Source of the DNA: Callorhinchus milii
Taxonomy: Eukaryota
Direction: 5' to 3'
Assembly: GCF_018977255.1 (NCBI RefSeq)
Contig: NW_024704743.1
Location: 4,714,001 to 4,778,000, forward strand
DNA length: 64,000 bases
The position numbers and the translations under genes were made by a program. Below are positions 38,057 through 50,874 of the stretch, one piece after another. The notes beneath the pieces are model-generated. The model made no database searches. It saw only the letters and a list, made by a program, of their open reading frames with translations, and had not been told where the DNA came from. The stretch's first letter is position 1. Each line of letters starts with the position of its first letter.

Positions 38057-38702
38057 ATGATCCAGTCATGGTCATTTATTGGAGAGTTTAAATTGGCCGT
38101 AATGTAGGTCAGTAGAACGGTAGGTCAGCAGGACACAGGGGGAAAAGTTTGTGGATGTTGCCTGCACATTTTTGACAAGAAGGAAATTGAAGCTATCAAT
38201 TGGAACATGTTTGAAAAACACCACAACAGCAAGCGGGGTGAATGAAGAGTCTTTTAGAGACGAACTGAAGAGTGCTAATTGTAAACCAGTGCAAAACAGG
38301 GAATCAACTCAAACATCAGGATTCTACACAGGTTTGTACCTTTGCAAGGCCGCTGATGAGAAGATCTAGGCTCTGGCTGGGTATGAAAGGCAGCAAGCAT
38401 GTTCTTACACAAATTTGCCTTATTCCAGCTGGTTAAGATGCTTGATGACATTGAAATTACTGCACTTCAAAGCGAATAAGAACCTATTTAGAGGGCTGGA
38501 GTTCAGCGATTCAGGTTTTGAATGCAATGACAATGAGCCAAGTTTGGTTCAGTCTTGTCCCAAAATATTTGCACTGAAAACAAGCCCATGATGTCTTTTG
38601 TTAGGTTGAAAGGCAGAACGTTCTCAGACGCAAAGCAACAGCGCAGCGCGATCCAATTGAGCGAGCGGCCCAATTTGATTACGATCTTTGTCTATTAAAC
38701 AG

Positions 38703-38817
38703 AATAGCTGTGTTTTCCATCAATGTTCTGCACGATGAGAGAATCGTCATAATTGCTGAGCAAAGACCAGATTCCACCGAGGAAGACAGCTTTCAGTGGA
38801 TGAGCAGAGTTCTTCAG
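38703..38817 (+). CDS. DIP2C: DIP2C exon (~21), 115 nt: IAVFSINVLHDERIVIIAEQRPDSTEEDSFQWMSRVLQ
   Basis: aaacag|AATAGC ... CTTCAG|gtaaag. Confidence 0.95.
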
Positions 38818-39349
38818 GTAAAGAGAGACGATTAGCGCAGTATATTCAAATTAAATACGGCAGAGAGGTTAATGAATGTGTTGGGAGTGTCAGTTGTCCC
38901 CACGCAATTGCTGTTTTCTGCCACTGCTCTGCAGTGCCCCCTGCTGGACATTTTTACGTGCGATGGTTGGGCACGGGATGGAGCAGTGGGACAGTGACTG
39001 GGACTGTTGACGCCTCAACAACAACAACTTGCATTTATATAGAGCCTTTCAAGCAGGACAGTGTCCCAGAGCAGTGCCAGTATTGGGATGCCTGTCACCA
39101 GTACCCTAGCAATAGTGGGTGGGGGCGGTGTGGGTGGGGGGTGGGGGGGTGATTGGTGGTGGGAGGGGTATTAGAAGAACGGAACCACACTCCGGGAAGG
39201 GTCACTGTATTTGGGCAATGAAATCGTGAGGGATTCTCCTGCATCTTTTTTTCTCGAAACTTGCACGGTCCTTTATTGAGCTTGGATTTTAATCAAAGAG
39301 TTGGGATGTGAATAATAGTGGAATAGATTAGTACCCGCCATTACTGGCC

Positions 39350-39832
39350 ACTTTCACGTCCGGAGGACGTCCCAAGGCGCCTGGCAGTCAAGGATCCGCA
39401 CCCGAGCTGGTGGTCGGGATCAGGAGGGGGTGGAGGGCGGGGAGGGTAGGGGTAGGAGGGTGACCGAAGGCACGCTCAAGATGTCTTGAAGGAGGCGAGC
39501 GAGGGGGTGAGGCGGAGGGACTGTGGGATGGGGTTCCAGAGGATGGGGACAGAGAGGCTGAAGGCCCGTCCGCCAATGCTGAGGCAGGCGAGGTGGGGGA
39601 CGTGAAGCAGGCCAGAGCCCACTGAGCGGACGGAGCAGGCAGGTTGGTAGGGGCTCAGAAGGTCACAGAGGTAGTGGGGGAGCAAGACCATGGAGGGCTT
39701 TGAAGGTGAGGACCAGGATCTTGAACTGTATCCTCTGAGTGATGGGGAGCCGGCCGAGGGTAGGGATGATAGGGTCGAGGAGCCTGGCGCGGGAGAGGAC
39801 ACGGGTTGCAGAGTTCTGGATGATGTGCAGCC
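39350..39832 (-). mobile_element. L2-clade LINE 3' end, antisense
   Basis: RLHIIQNSATRVLSRARLLDPIIPTL...QRIQFKILVLTFKALHGLAP in ORF 39663..39929. Confidence 0.88.
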
Positions 39833-39925
39833 TGTGGAATGGAATGAACTGGAATGAACACAATATAATTAATACAAGGAATGGAAAATTGATTGTGGAA
39901 CATATCAATGTTTTTTTTTCTGAAG

Positions 39926-40127
39926 GCAATCGATGGGATCCACCAAGTTGGGGTGTACTGTTTGGCGCTGGTACCAGCTAACACGCTCCCTAAAACTCCG
40001 CTGGGCGGCATACATCTCTCGGAAACTAAGCAGTGCTTCTTAGAAGGCTCCCTCCACCCGTGCAACGTGTTAATGTGTCCCCACACCTGTGTAACGAACC
40101 TGCCCAAGCCAAGACAGAAACAGCCAG
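39926..40127 (+). CDS. DIP2C: DIP2C exon (~22), 202 nt: AIDGIHQVGVYCLALVPANTLPKTPLGGIHLSETKQCFLEGSLHPCNVLMCPHTCVTNLPKPRQKQP(E)
   Basis: ctgaag|GCAATC ... GCCAG|gtaaat. Confidence 0.95.
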
Positions 40128-40635
40128 GTAAATGAGGCGGGATCTCAATTGCAGGGATTAGTTTTTGCGTTGGCGGAAATCGGTGGTTTATATTTATTTT
40201 CGAGGGGCAAAATCGGCGTCTACTTTTAATTTGCTGCTTCTCGTTTTCTGGTCGACGTTTTCAAGCGCAAAAGCGGCGCAGAAATTTGGCTTTTTGGTGA
40301 AAGCCAAAGCCCTAACGGGTAGGGCTAGGGTGGTGCGAGCTGAGCCAAGCAGCGGGCAAGCTTGTCGGGCACAGATATCAATGGCAAGCTACATGGTTTC
40401 AGATGCTTAACCTCCAATTCTAAGAACATGCCTCGTTTATTTGAATGAAAAAAAGAGGACAATGCGGCCTTCGTTTAGGAGTTCATTTCTAGAGCTCGTG
40501 AAAGTGAGAGCGCATTTTATAAAGTGATTTTCTTTTCAGATTTACAGCCTGTTGAAATACTGTCTACTCTCTTGATTTCTTCCCTGCCCACCCCCCGACC
40601 CCCACCCACCCCATCAACTCCCTCCTTGTCCACAG

Positions 40636-40745
40636 AGATTGGCCCGGCTTCTGTCATGGTGGGAAACCTGGTTTCCGGAAAGCGAATTGCTCAAGCCAGC
40701 GGGAGAGATTTAGGACAGATTGAAGACAATGACCAGGGTAGAAAG
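40636..40745 (+). CDS. DIP2C: DIP2C exon (~23), 110 nt: IGPASVMVGNLVSGKRIAQASGRDLGQIEDNDQGRK
   Basis: ccacag|AGATT ... AGAAAG|gtgggt. Confidence 0.94.
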
Positions 40746-42166
40746 GTGGGTAACTCTACGCTCTCGTGCATTCTGAATGGAGAAGCAAACCCCAAGCTGG
40801 AGTTACGAAACGTATGGAAAATAAATTGCTGGAGGATTTGGAATTTGACGTTGCTCAGAAATGGTCGACGCACAGATTTAAGTACATTTGCTTACGTGAC
40901 GGTTTACATCCTAACCGACGCGAGCAATGTAAGAAGTTAGCTTTGTTGCCTTTTGTTTTGGCCACTTACACCGTGCGGTGGCTCGCAAAGCTTCAAGCAT
41001 CACGATAAATTTGCTTCGACCATTATTGTGTTATCTTTGAATTGCGTTGTGTTTGTTGGGACAGAAAACTGCTGTGTAAGCCTCCAGCGGTATTCTCTCC
41101 ACAGCATTTATTTCGACTCCACTTCTGGTCGCAATGTGAGCCAGCCCTTGCTGAGGTTTCCCAGACGTAGTCGGTTAATTCGCACATTGTGCTGCACAAT
41201 ATGGTTGAATGATTTGACAGAAATGTCTTAGAAGGTCACTCGAGGCAAGTTTGCTTGTCCCTCTGCAGAGAGAGAGAGAGAGAGCAAGAGTTTCCGTTCC
41301 CCCGCTACCCTTCTTTAGCTGTCGATCCAGTAACATGTCAGTTCTTGCGAAAACAGGAGTACACGACAACAGATGAGGTCACTATGTAGTCTACGTCATG
41401 GTGTTGCATCGGATGCAATGTCACGGCGTAAACTACTTAAACCTGCTGTTGTTGCTAGAACAAGACACTCGCTCAAATCCGCTCCCTCCCTTGTTCGGAG
41501 CGCATCTCAAAACAACAACGTGCATTTATTATCGAATCGTTTACGCGGGGCAGGAAATACGCTGGGCTGATCGTCAGGGGAGATGAATGCAGAGCTGGGG
41601 AGAAAGGCACAATTGAAGAGGAGAGACTTCAGGTGCAACTTCCAAGACTGGTCAAGAGGGGGCAAGGCGGAGGATTGAGGCAAGGAGTTCCAGAGGCCTG
41701 GGGGCTTTTGACCACGCTTTTGGTCATCTTTCCCTTTCTTATCCTCCTCGAGATCAATCCCAGCTCTATCCAGCACTATCAAAATCTTTGAGAGGTTGTC
41801 CTGATGTGGAAGAAGCTAGATAAGTTGTATTGTAACTGTATTGTGTGTATATATATATATATATATATATGTGTGGATTTTCAAAAGGCTTTGTACCAAA
41901 TCAGAGGTTAATCCTGTTAAGGTGGACTTAAAGATCCCATGATACTGGAAAATGTGAATGGAGTTTCTCCCGGCCAGCAATCCTCATTCATTTATTTAAT
42001 TGCTATTTGTGGAAATACGGGTAGTCAGAACACTTGACAATTGCCCGTGAAAGGCTTTGAAACATTTTGATGTGTTGCATCAAGTGTAAGGGTTATTGAG
42101 TTTTATTGTCTCTGTGTTGCTCTGTGCATCGTTAAAGTTGCAGAGGTTCATTGGGAGGGTATATAT

Positions 42167-42602
42167 CCACTGGCTCCCTATCCTTCAGAGGATCCAGGTC
42201 AAGATCCTGGTCCTCACCTACAAAGCCCTCCATGGCCTCGCCCCACCCTACCTCTGCGACCTCCAAACCCCCTACCAATCCGCCCGTTCCCTCCGCTCAG
42301 CCGGCTCTGTCCTGCTCCACGTCCCCCAACTCACCCGCCCCACCATTGGCGGGAGAGCCTTCAGCCACTCTGCCCCCAACCTCTGGAATTCCATCTCCCA
42401 GTCACTCCGCCTCGCCCCCTCCTTAACCTCCTTCAAGTCCCGCCTCAAGACCCTCCTCTTCGACCATGCCATCGGCCACCCCCCCTCCCCCCCCCCCCCC
42501 CCCCGAACCCAGCTCGGGTCTGAAATGCTGTACACTGTCCAGCGCCTTGGGACGTCCTCCCGAGGTGAAAGGCGCTACACAAATGTAATCTTGTTGTTGT
42601 TG
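42167..42602 (+). mobile_element. L2-clade LINE 3' end, open frame retained
   Basis: HWLPILQRIQVKILVLTYKALHGLAPPYL...GGRAFSHSAPNLWNS...SFKSRLKTLLF in ORF 42096..42716; (TTG)n tail. Confidence 0.9.
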
Positions 42603-43019
42603 TATATTAATGCAGTAGGAAGTTGGAACGTAATCCTAATCCTTGTGTTTGATATTGCGCCAATCACGTCAGGAGAACGTCTCAAAGTGCTTCTCAGGAT
42701 TTGCTGTAAAGTGTAGTGACCGTATGTTGCAGGCGAAGGTGACACCCAGTGTCTCGCACAAAGCCAGAAAGAGAATGGCCAGTTTGATCTGGTTATGTCG
42801 GCCTGGTCATCGGGAGAAACAGCTTTCTCTTTTCGAATAGTGCCAAGGGATCTTTTAAAATCCACCTGAGCAACCAATGTGAGTCAGAGATTCAGGAAAG
42901 TATTGTACAGAATAGCCCGTACCAAACCCACAGCCCACACACAGTTCTCAAATGTGTAATTCTTGAAGCCTCTTGTAGGATGTTCTTTTAACCGTGTAAC
43001 TGCTGTGCTTTTCTTTCAG

Positions 43020-43100
43020 TTTATGTTTTTGTCCGAAGTTTTACAATGGCGTGCGCAGACAACCCCAGATCACGTCCTTTTTACACTACTGAACTCCAGG
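43020..43100 (+). CDS. DIP2C: DIP2C exon (~24), 81 nt: FMFLSEVLQWRAQTTPDHVLFTLLNSR
   Basis: tttcag|TTTATG ... TCCAGG|gtaagt. Confidence 0.95.
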
Positions 43101-45459
43101 GTAAGTCTTGCGTCGACTATGCTTATAGCAAAATGCTCAGCGGAACTCTTTGTGGTAACGAGTAGCCAATTGGTGGTGGATGAGTTTCAGCGTCACGGTG
43201 GGTAATAGACTGAAATGTTAAGAGCTTGACCAGCCACTGGAGGCTGGGATTTTGCCGCCCTACATGCTGACAGTCTAAAGGGTTAAGACGCAAATCCTAT
43301 GCCTTTCACATCAGTCGACATCTTTGCGTAAAATCTGGAAGAAACCATCTTGAGAGACAGTGTGGTTACATCCCTCACTACTTCTGTTCTTCAGCCATTT
43401 AACCTTTTGGTGGTTGACTTTAGTGCTGGGGCAGATTAACAGTGGCAGAGGCAACTGGTGAAAGACGAGACATGTTCACCTGGTGGCGGTTCATGTTTTA
43501 TATTATTGGTGATTATGACTTGATCGGGAAGTAAGTGCTGACAACAACAACAAGAAATTACATGTGTACATCGCCTTTCACGTCGGGAGGACATCCCAAG
43601 GCGTCGGACAGTCAGGGATTTGTACCCGAGCTGGGGGTCGGGATCAGGATGGGTAGAAGGGTTGGGTAATAATCCAAGATTGATCGCGGTGCTCCTAAGA
43701 ACGTGCACATTAATGCACCTACTCATTTTGGTGCGAAAAATACAGTGCGTGTGTGCAGGTACACTTCACAACAGCTCCTTTGAAATGACAAATGGTTCGA
43801 ACGAGTATCCTGGAGAGTAGGACATTTGGTTTGCTTGGATTTTAAGGCTGCAGTTGTAACCCTGAGTCAATGGAGTGCAAATGGGTTCCCTGCTGTCCGT
43901 GCATTTTAATGTTAAATTGAGATGCCGGCTGGGCTTGACTTTAAAGGTAGGGTTCTGTAAAATCCGTGGTAAGGGACAAATCCCAGCTGTGCATTTGAAG
44001 GAATAAACTGCGTTTCAAGGTTTATAGGATTTAGAACGAATTGCTAACTGCATTCCTATTCCACTACATCGGAATTAACATGAATTGCACTGTACACAGT
44101 CAGCCTCTGTAGCTTTGTATTACTTCTCCCCTGCCAAAAGAAATGGATCTTACACGCTGGTCCGGTATTGACTGAAACCGTTGGCAAAGCAGCATTTTGG
44201 AATCCTTGGCTCTGATCGTTACAACAGTTGAACGCCACAGAACAGAAACAGCAATCCAGCCTGTTAAACTCTACACCGGTGTTTTCCTGCACATGAGCCA
44301 CCGAGTTTAATCCCACCCACTCTCGCCCTGCTCGCCCCCGTGTTTCTTCGATTACTTTTGGTTCGTTTTACTTTTTTTCAATTCCCTTTTTAAAAAAGAA
44401 TTTACGGACTTTTGTTTGGCTTTCGGCCTTGAGAGAAGACGACTCAGAGAGGAACTCATGGAGCTGCGTCAAATTTAAAATGGGTTTGAAAAAGCAAAGC
44501 GTAAAGGGCAATTTCAGGACTGATACCGGAAAGTTCTTCTTTACTCAAGAGAGCGATCAATGACTGGAAAGGTGGTATAGGACGGGACTCTTTTGCAAAG
44601 CAACTTGACGTTGTGTTGGAGGAATGGGTGTTCTGGCAGGTTGAGACCGGGTGGGGCCCAAGTGCCTTCTTCATCTGAACCGATCTTGTGAGCAATGGTT
44701 TGTGACCGAGAAAAGAGTTTCACATTCCAACCCTCCTCGCTCATCCTACTACCCCTTCCCTCCCCGCACCCCCCCCCCTCGACCAGAGAAGTCGAGCAGC
44801 ACGTGACAGACACGTGGTTGATTGATAGACCGTGGTAAACACTTGAACAAATAGGTTGGAAACCCACAGAGGGTCACTCCACAAAAATATAAGCTAATGC
44901 TTCAAGTACGGCTGGCTCTTCGCCAAGTCTCACTCGCAGATCAGTTCTGAGGTCTCAACGCTGATCAGTGTTTTCTCTTTCAGATGCTGTTGGCCTGCTG
45001 TAGGCATTTTTTTATTTCTACTCCTTGGCGGGGGGTGAGGGGACAATGGGAGAAAGCTCTTTTTACCTGTCGCCTTTACCAGATAGAATTACATAAAGAA
45101 TTATAACATAATACTACTAATAATAATCCTTCTGTTTGATATAGCGCCTTATCACGCCTTCGAGGCGTCTCAAAGCGCTCCGCAGAATATTCTGTAAAGT
45201 GAATTCTTATACAGTCATGGATGAGTGACCAAGTTATTATTATTTCCAGCAAAGAAACAGGCAATTGGATCCAGCTAGTCCGTGTCAACGTTTATACTCC
45301 ACCCCTCCTAATCCCCTCTCCCATACACCTCTATTACCCTCTCCCTCAGGACTTCAGGATATTATGGATCTGATTTTAATTGAATTGGAGTCTCCATCTT
45401 TGGGCTGACCTGTAAGCAAAATGTTCTTGAATTAATGCCTAACCAATTCACAATTTATC

Positions 45460-45637
45460 TTTCTGGAATGCACTGCCTGAAAGGCAGATTCGATAGCAGC
45501 TTTCAAAAGGGAATTGGATAGGTACTTGAAAAGGAAAAAATGGGGGACTGGGACTAGTTGGATAGCTCTTTCAAAGAGCCAGCACAGGCACGATGGGCCG
45601 AATGGCCTCCTTCTGCGCTGTAAGATTCTATGATTCT
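45460..45637 (+). mobile_element. CR1 3' end
   Basis: tggaatgcactgcctgaaagg...gatgggccgaatggcctccttctgcgctgtaagattctatgattcta; reverse copy at 21737-21862. Confidence 0.8.
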
Positions 45638-46383
45638 AACCCACATCGGTCTGTTGGCTAACTATACAATAGGAGCGAAGCTACTGATTTGCTTCACAAA
45701 AGTTCTGCTCACCAACAGTTACAAAGACCTTATCTGTTGCGAAGTATTGGTGGATTATCTTTTGTAGCCAAACGTGTGCAGGTAACAGGCATCAAAATGC
45801 AAGGATATAGGCGTCAGTTAACTTAACAGTGATCAAGCCATATTTAAAGGATTGCAACACGATTTTTTTAATTTCATTTTTTTAATGTTTTGAAACTTGT
45901 ACGGGAAAATGCATGAATAATGCACGACCCTTGGATATTCTTTATACATATTACAATGCAAGCAATTTACGTTCCAATATAGCGTCTTAATGTGGTGCTC
46001 TTTATGCAATAAAAGCATCATAATATTGTGTTATTTGTTAGTATTTCTGCAAAGGAACATTAATGATGCCCAATGTATGTATTGTTGCTTCCCCTCCCTA
46101 CCCCCCCCCCCACACCCCGACCACCCCCTTCGGTAGAATTAGAACGGTTCTGGATGAACACGGGCGTATTTCTTCTGTTCCAAGTTGTTTGCTAAATGTT
46201 CCGAGTTAACATGAAACATGCACATCCGGTGCCTGGACTGAATGTTCCTTCCAGTCTGTCTAAAATCACCTAATTTGTCCAGTTTCAATGTTAACTCTAT
46301 AATAAAGTGAGACTTCAAACTTCATGGAAGCAAACTTTTGTGTATTTTCTTCCCACACCCCCCCTCCCCCCTCCCTTCCTCAG

Positions 46384-46507
46384 GGTACGATAGCCAATTC
46401 TTTAACATGCCTTCAGCTGCATAAACGAGCCGAGAAAATAGCAGTCATGCTGATGGAGAGAGGACATCTACAGGATGGAGATCACGTGGCTTTGGTCTAT
46501 CCACCAG
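46384..46507 (+). CDS. DIP2C: DIP2C exon (~25), 124 nt: GTIANSLTCLQLHKRAEKIAVMLMERGHLQDGDHVALVYPP(G)
   Basis: cctcag|GGTACG ... CCAG|gtaggc. Confidence 0.95.
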
Positions 46508-47029
46508 GTAGGCTCCTAACTCCTCTTTCCTCCTCTTCAGCTGGTGTTGTTACGTGTCAGTTCCTCAAAAGGAGGAATCGCTGAGATTGCTCTGCGCTTG
46601 TTTACCAGCCTCTGTGGATGATGTTTGTACAATAACATCAGAACAACAGATTATTCCAACTTCCCAATTTCTCTTCCTCGCTACCTCTTTTCCTGCTTTG
46701 AAAAATCTCAAATACAGGTCTCTTAGACTGTGCCTTTAAATGTCTTTGTCCACAACTATTGAAGGCCTGGGAGACATCCTGCCGTATTAATACAAATTGG
46801 CATGTAACTCTAACACGGATTTCACCTTGGGAAGAGTTGTGTGTCTTGCCAGTCTTTGGAGACCTTGTTATTCTCATACCTGCTGCTCTGTAACCAGCCA
46901 CCAGGAAAAGCACAGAGGCTTTAAGAGATTGATGTTCCCCTTATGATTCATCTTATTCCCCACCGCTTGACAGGGGAAGCCATGCCTCCGCAAACAATAG
47001 AATAATTCAGCTACAAATAGCACGTGAAC

Positions 47030-47272
47030 AATACGAGTCCTGTCTGCCTGTTCAGGTGGACGTTAAAAGAACCCACGGCACTATTTCTCTCTCCCGGTAT
47101 CCTGGCCAACAGTCCACCCAAATAAAATGAGTCACTCACTCCATGGCTGTTTGTGGGACATTGCTGTGCGTAAATTGGCCTCTGTGTGTTTGCCCACAAA
47201 ACCTACTTTCCTGTGAAATGCTTTGAGACAACACGATGCAATGCTATATCAAATGCAAGGAATATTATTATT
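47030..47272 (+). mobile_element. Deu-domain SINE (family B), 3' part
   Basis: gtctgcctgttcaggtggacgttaaaagaacccacggcact plus tail. Confidence 0.7.
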
Positions 47273-47369
47273 ATTGTTATCATTATTGCTGTGAAAGGGT
47301 GTTAAAAGGGATGATTGAAGACAGCTGACAAGAAAAGATTGGACAGGTCGGAGATTTCCTCTTGGACAT

Positions 47370-47705
47370 GACGATTGAGAGGGACATGTTTAAGATTATC
47401 AAAGGATTCGATGAGGTGGACTTCGAAAGGTTGTTTCTACATATTGGTGGCTGAAAAAACTACGGGACATAAATACACAATAGCCCATAATAATAATAAT
47501 CCTTGCATTTGATATAGCGCCTTATCACGTCTTCGAGACGTCTCAAAGCGCTTCGCAGAACATACTGGAAAATGAATCGACTGTATATTAATTAGTAACA
47601 GATCCAACAGGGAATTTAAGAGAACTTCTTGATGCAGAGGGTGGTGAGAATGTGTGGGACTCACTTCTGGAGGCTGTGTTGAAGTAAAAATCATCGATGT
47701 ATTCC
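47370..47705 (+). mobile_element. CR1 fragment interrupted by an antisense SINE tail (47488-47588)
   Basis: tttaagattatcaaaggattcgatgaggtggac...agaacttcttgatgcagagggtggtgagaatgtg. Confidence 0.7.
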
Positions 47706-48579
47706 AATCATCAATACAAATACCCTGTACAAGGTTAGACTAATGTATTTCAAATGACAGTCTCGAGGTGCTAATTTTTGCCACTGCTGCTCAACCAGAT
47801 GAAACCGAGCACAGTTCAGATCAGTGATTTGCTTGTAATTGACCACATTTGACGAGAAATTTAAACGCTACAGTCTGCAGGTTGCCTGGAATTTGGATTG
47901 TTGCTCACTCTGGATTAGTGGTGTTCAGATTAGCAGCAATGCACTGCATTTCATTGGATTTATCGACAGCAGCTTTAGGTGGACTGGAAACTTTATAATA
48001 ATCCTTGCGTTTGACACAGTGCCTTATCACGTTGATGCAAATGTCTCAAAGTGCTTCTCACAGGAACTACTGTTGTAAAGTGCAGTGACTGTAGGAAAGC
48101 GTTAACCTTCAGTGAATGATTAAAGATCACACCTCAATCCTTCTCCGTCACCTCCACAACAACCTAGCCACAATTTACATTTATATAGCTCCTTTCACGT
48201 CGGGAGGATATCTTAAAGCGTTGTTAGCACAGCTGACCGCAAGCCCATGAAGGTTGGGAGGGAGGAGCTGGGAGGAACTCCAGGATGTAGGTTCACAGGC
48301 GGTCACAGAAGGCCGAGGACATTGGTACAGAGTTCGGGATGGTCTGCAAGTAGTGTAGGGTAAAAGCCGGGAGAGTCTGGAGAGCAGAGTTTTGGAATAG
48401 TGGATACCCCCAGAGCATCTCCCTCATTCTCTGGCACGAGAATGTTGGACCCAGTATTATAAATTTGTTCTCCCCAGTGATCCACATGAAAGTAAATAGC
48501 AACGCTGCTTGGGATTTCTACGCCTTTGACCATGATGAAGCTACAACACGCAAACTGGGCACCCAACGCCTTGTGCCGC

Positions 48580-48885
48580 CATCAAGATATCTCAAAGCGC
48601 TTCACAGGATTTTAGTAACTGTATTTTGTAGGTGAACGCTGCTGTTAATTTACGCACAGCGACGTCCTACGAACAGCCATGAAGTGAATGACTGATTTTT
48701 GAACTGTTATCTGTTAGAATTGGCGGCCGAGACACCAGGAGAAACTCTTTTCTTTTCAAATAGTGCCCGTGGCATCTTTAACATCCACCTTGACAGTCAG
48801 AAGAGGCCTCGGTTTAATGTCTCATCCAAAGTATGGGCACATCCAACAACCCAGCACGCCACCAGCACTGCATTGGAGTGTAGGG
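48580..48885 (-). mobile_element. Deu-domain SINE (family B), antisense
   Basis: gcatctttaacatccacct...gcctcggtttaatgtctcatccaaa. Confidence 0.7.
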
Positions 48886-48897
48886 CCTAGACCAGCA

Positions 48898-49355
48898 TGG
48901 AGGAGAGAGGGGGGGAGAGGGAGTGAGGGGAAGAGAGGGAGAGGAGAGAGAGGGACGGTGAGAGAGAAGGGGAGGACGGGGAGAGAGGAGAGGGATTGAG
49001 AGAAGGGAACAGAGAGGGAGGGGGGAGCGGAACGGAGAGGGAGGTGAGAAGGGGAGAGCAGAGAGAGGGGAGAGGGGAAGAGGAGGATGCGGGATGGGAG
49101 AGGGGGAGAGAGAAAGGAAATTGAAGGAGAGAGAGAGTCACAGAGAGGGGGAGAGCAGAGAGAGTGAGATTGAGAGTGTGAGCGGGGAGAGAGAGAGGTG
49201 TGAGAGAGAGAAAGAGAGAGTGTGTGTATGAGTGGGAGGGGGGGCAGTGGAGATTGAGAGAGGGCGATTGACAGAGAGGGAGAGAGAGTGCTTGAGAGAG
49301 AGGTGGGGGGGGAGAGAGGAAAAGCACAGAGAGATGGAGAGAGCAAAGTCAGAGA
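48898..49355. repeat. GA-rich polypurine low-complexity tract (~450 nt)
   Basis: Visible directly; explains the spurious ORFs 48822..49520 and neighbours. Confidence 0.95.
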
Positions 49356-50156
49356 GCGATTTAACATCTGTGAAAAACATGACATTGCTTTGCACCCTCG
49401 GCTCAGGTTTTTATTTGGGCGCAAAGGAACGTGTGATAAATTGGGGAGGTTTTTTAAACTGTAGCCCAATTTAAATTGATCAACGCCTCCAAAAGCAAGA
49501 GGTATCTGGAGTTCCTCCATTTGGTTTGTTGGCTGGAACTCTTTTCCCCTTAACCTTCCTTCCCAAAACAGTGATTCAAATCTGTAAATAGCCGATTAGA
49601 ACCATTCATCTACTGACGTGAATTATTGACATTGACATATCTAATCAATACAGTACAATTTACATTTATATAGCGTCGTTCACGACAGGAGGACATCTGC
49701 TGACTGGGCACCAGAGCCTGAGGGTGGGGAAGGCTGGGGGTGTTGGGTGGGTGGGTGGGGGTGGGGGTAGGCGGTGAAAATGGCTGACACTGCAGTTAAA
49801 GAGGTAAGATTTGAAGCGGACTTTAAAAGGAGGGAGGGAGGGAATCGAAGAGTTCCCGATCGTGGGGAAGAATGCCCGAAAGCTGGCCCACCGAGGTTTG
49901 GGCAGACTGGGCACGAAGGGGAACACGCAGTGGAGCAGAAGAGTGACAGTAGGACACCATCGAGTATTCTACTCGGAGAGGAAACAAGCGGGAACCGCAG
50001 ATAGTCTGGATTTTCTCAAAGGAATTAACCTTTGCAGGCTCCGTGTTGGAACAATGTGAGAGCCCAACTGCACGAGGGCAACCATACAGAGGCAGGAAAA
50101 AAACTCCTCTGAATCTAATGTCATCTCTCTTTGATATGTGTGTTGGTGTGTGTGTG

Positions 50157-50610
50157 TGACCCCATCTCCCCCATTCTCATCCGACTTCATTGGCTTTCTA
50201 TCCTTCAGAGGGTCCGATTCAAGATCCTGGTCCTCACCTACAAAGCCCTCCATGGCCTCGCCCCACCCTACCTCTGCAACCTCCTAATCCCCTACCAACC
50301 CGCCCGCTCCCTCCGCTCAGCCGGCTCTGGCCTGCCCCACGTCCTCCGACCCACCCACCTTCAGCCACTCTGCCCCCAACCTCTGGAATTCCACCCCCCA
50401 ATCACTCCGCCTCGCCCCCTCCTTAGCCTCCTTCAAGTTCCGCCTCAAGACCCTCCTCTTCGACCATGCCATCGGCCACACCCCTTCCCCTCCCCTCCCT
50501 TCTCCTCCCCCCAGCCCCAGCTCGGATCTGAACTACTGTACACCATCCAGTGCCTTGTGACGTCCTCCCGACGTGAAAAGCACTGTACAAATGTAATCTT
50601 GTTGTTGTTC
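50157..50610 (+). mobile_element. L2-clade LINE 3' end
   Basis: DPISPILIRLHWLSILQRVRFKILVLTYKALHGLAPPYL; (TTG)n tail. Confidence 0.9.
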
Positions 50611-50752
50611 TTGTGTGTGTGTGTGTGGTTTGTTCTGTTAAGTACTTCTGGCGACGTGGTTTGTTTTGAAGCTTGCACTGCGCTAATGTTGCACCTTGCC
50701 ACTTAGCTGTGATTATTGTATTAAGGCGAGAAATCTTTTGTTCTTCATGCAG

Positions 50753-50874
50753 GAATAGACTTAATTGCCGCATTTTATGGCTGCCTGTACGCAGGTTGTG
50801 TGCCAATAACAGTTCGTCCTCCACACCCACAGAATATTGCTACGACATTGCCCACGGTGAAGATGATTGTGGAG
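50753..50874 (+). CDS. DIP2C: DIP2C exon (~26), 122 nt: IDLIAAFYGCLYAGCVPITVRPPHPQNIATTLPTVKMIVE
   Basis: atgcag|GAATAG ... GTGGAG|gtaggt. Confidence 0.95.

Noticed and set aside
38350..38395. CTGATGA...GAAA hammerhead-like spacing
   Set aside because: The intervening bases cannot form stem II.
42096..42716. 206-aa ORF (and 50131..50706, 191 aa) as host genes
   Set aside because: They are 5'-truncated L2 ORF2 C-termini without the RT core.
42980..43019. U12-type intron suggested by ttttaac upstream of exon ~24
   Set aside because: The donor is gtgggt, not the U12 consensus RTATCCTT. All 21 introns look like U2 GT-AG.
48822..49520. 232-aa Ser/Leu/Pro-rich ORF
   Set aside because: Artefact of the GA low-complexity tract.
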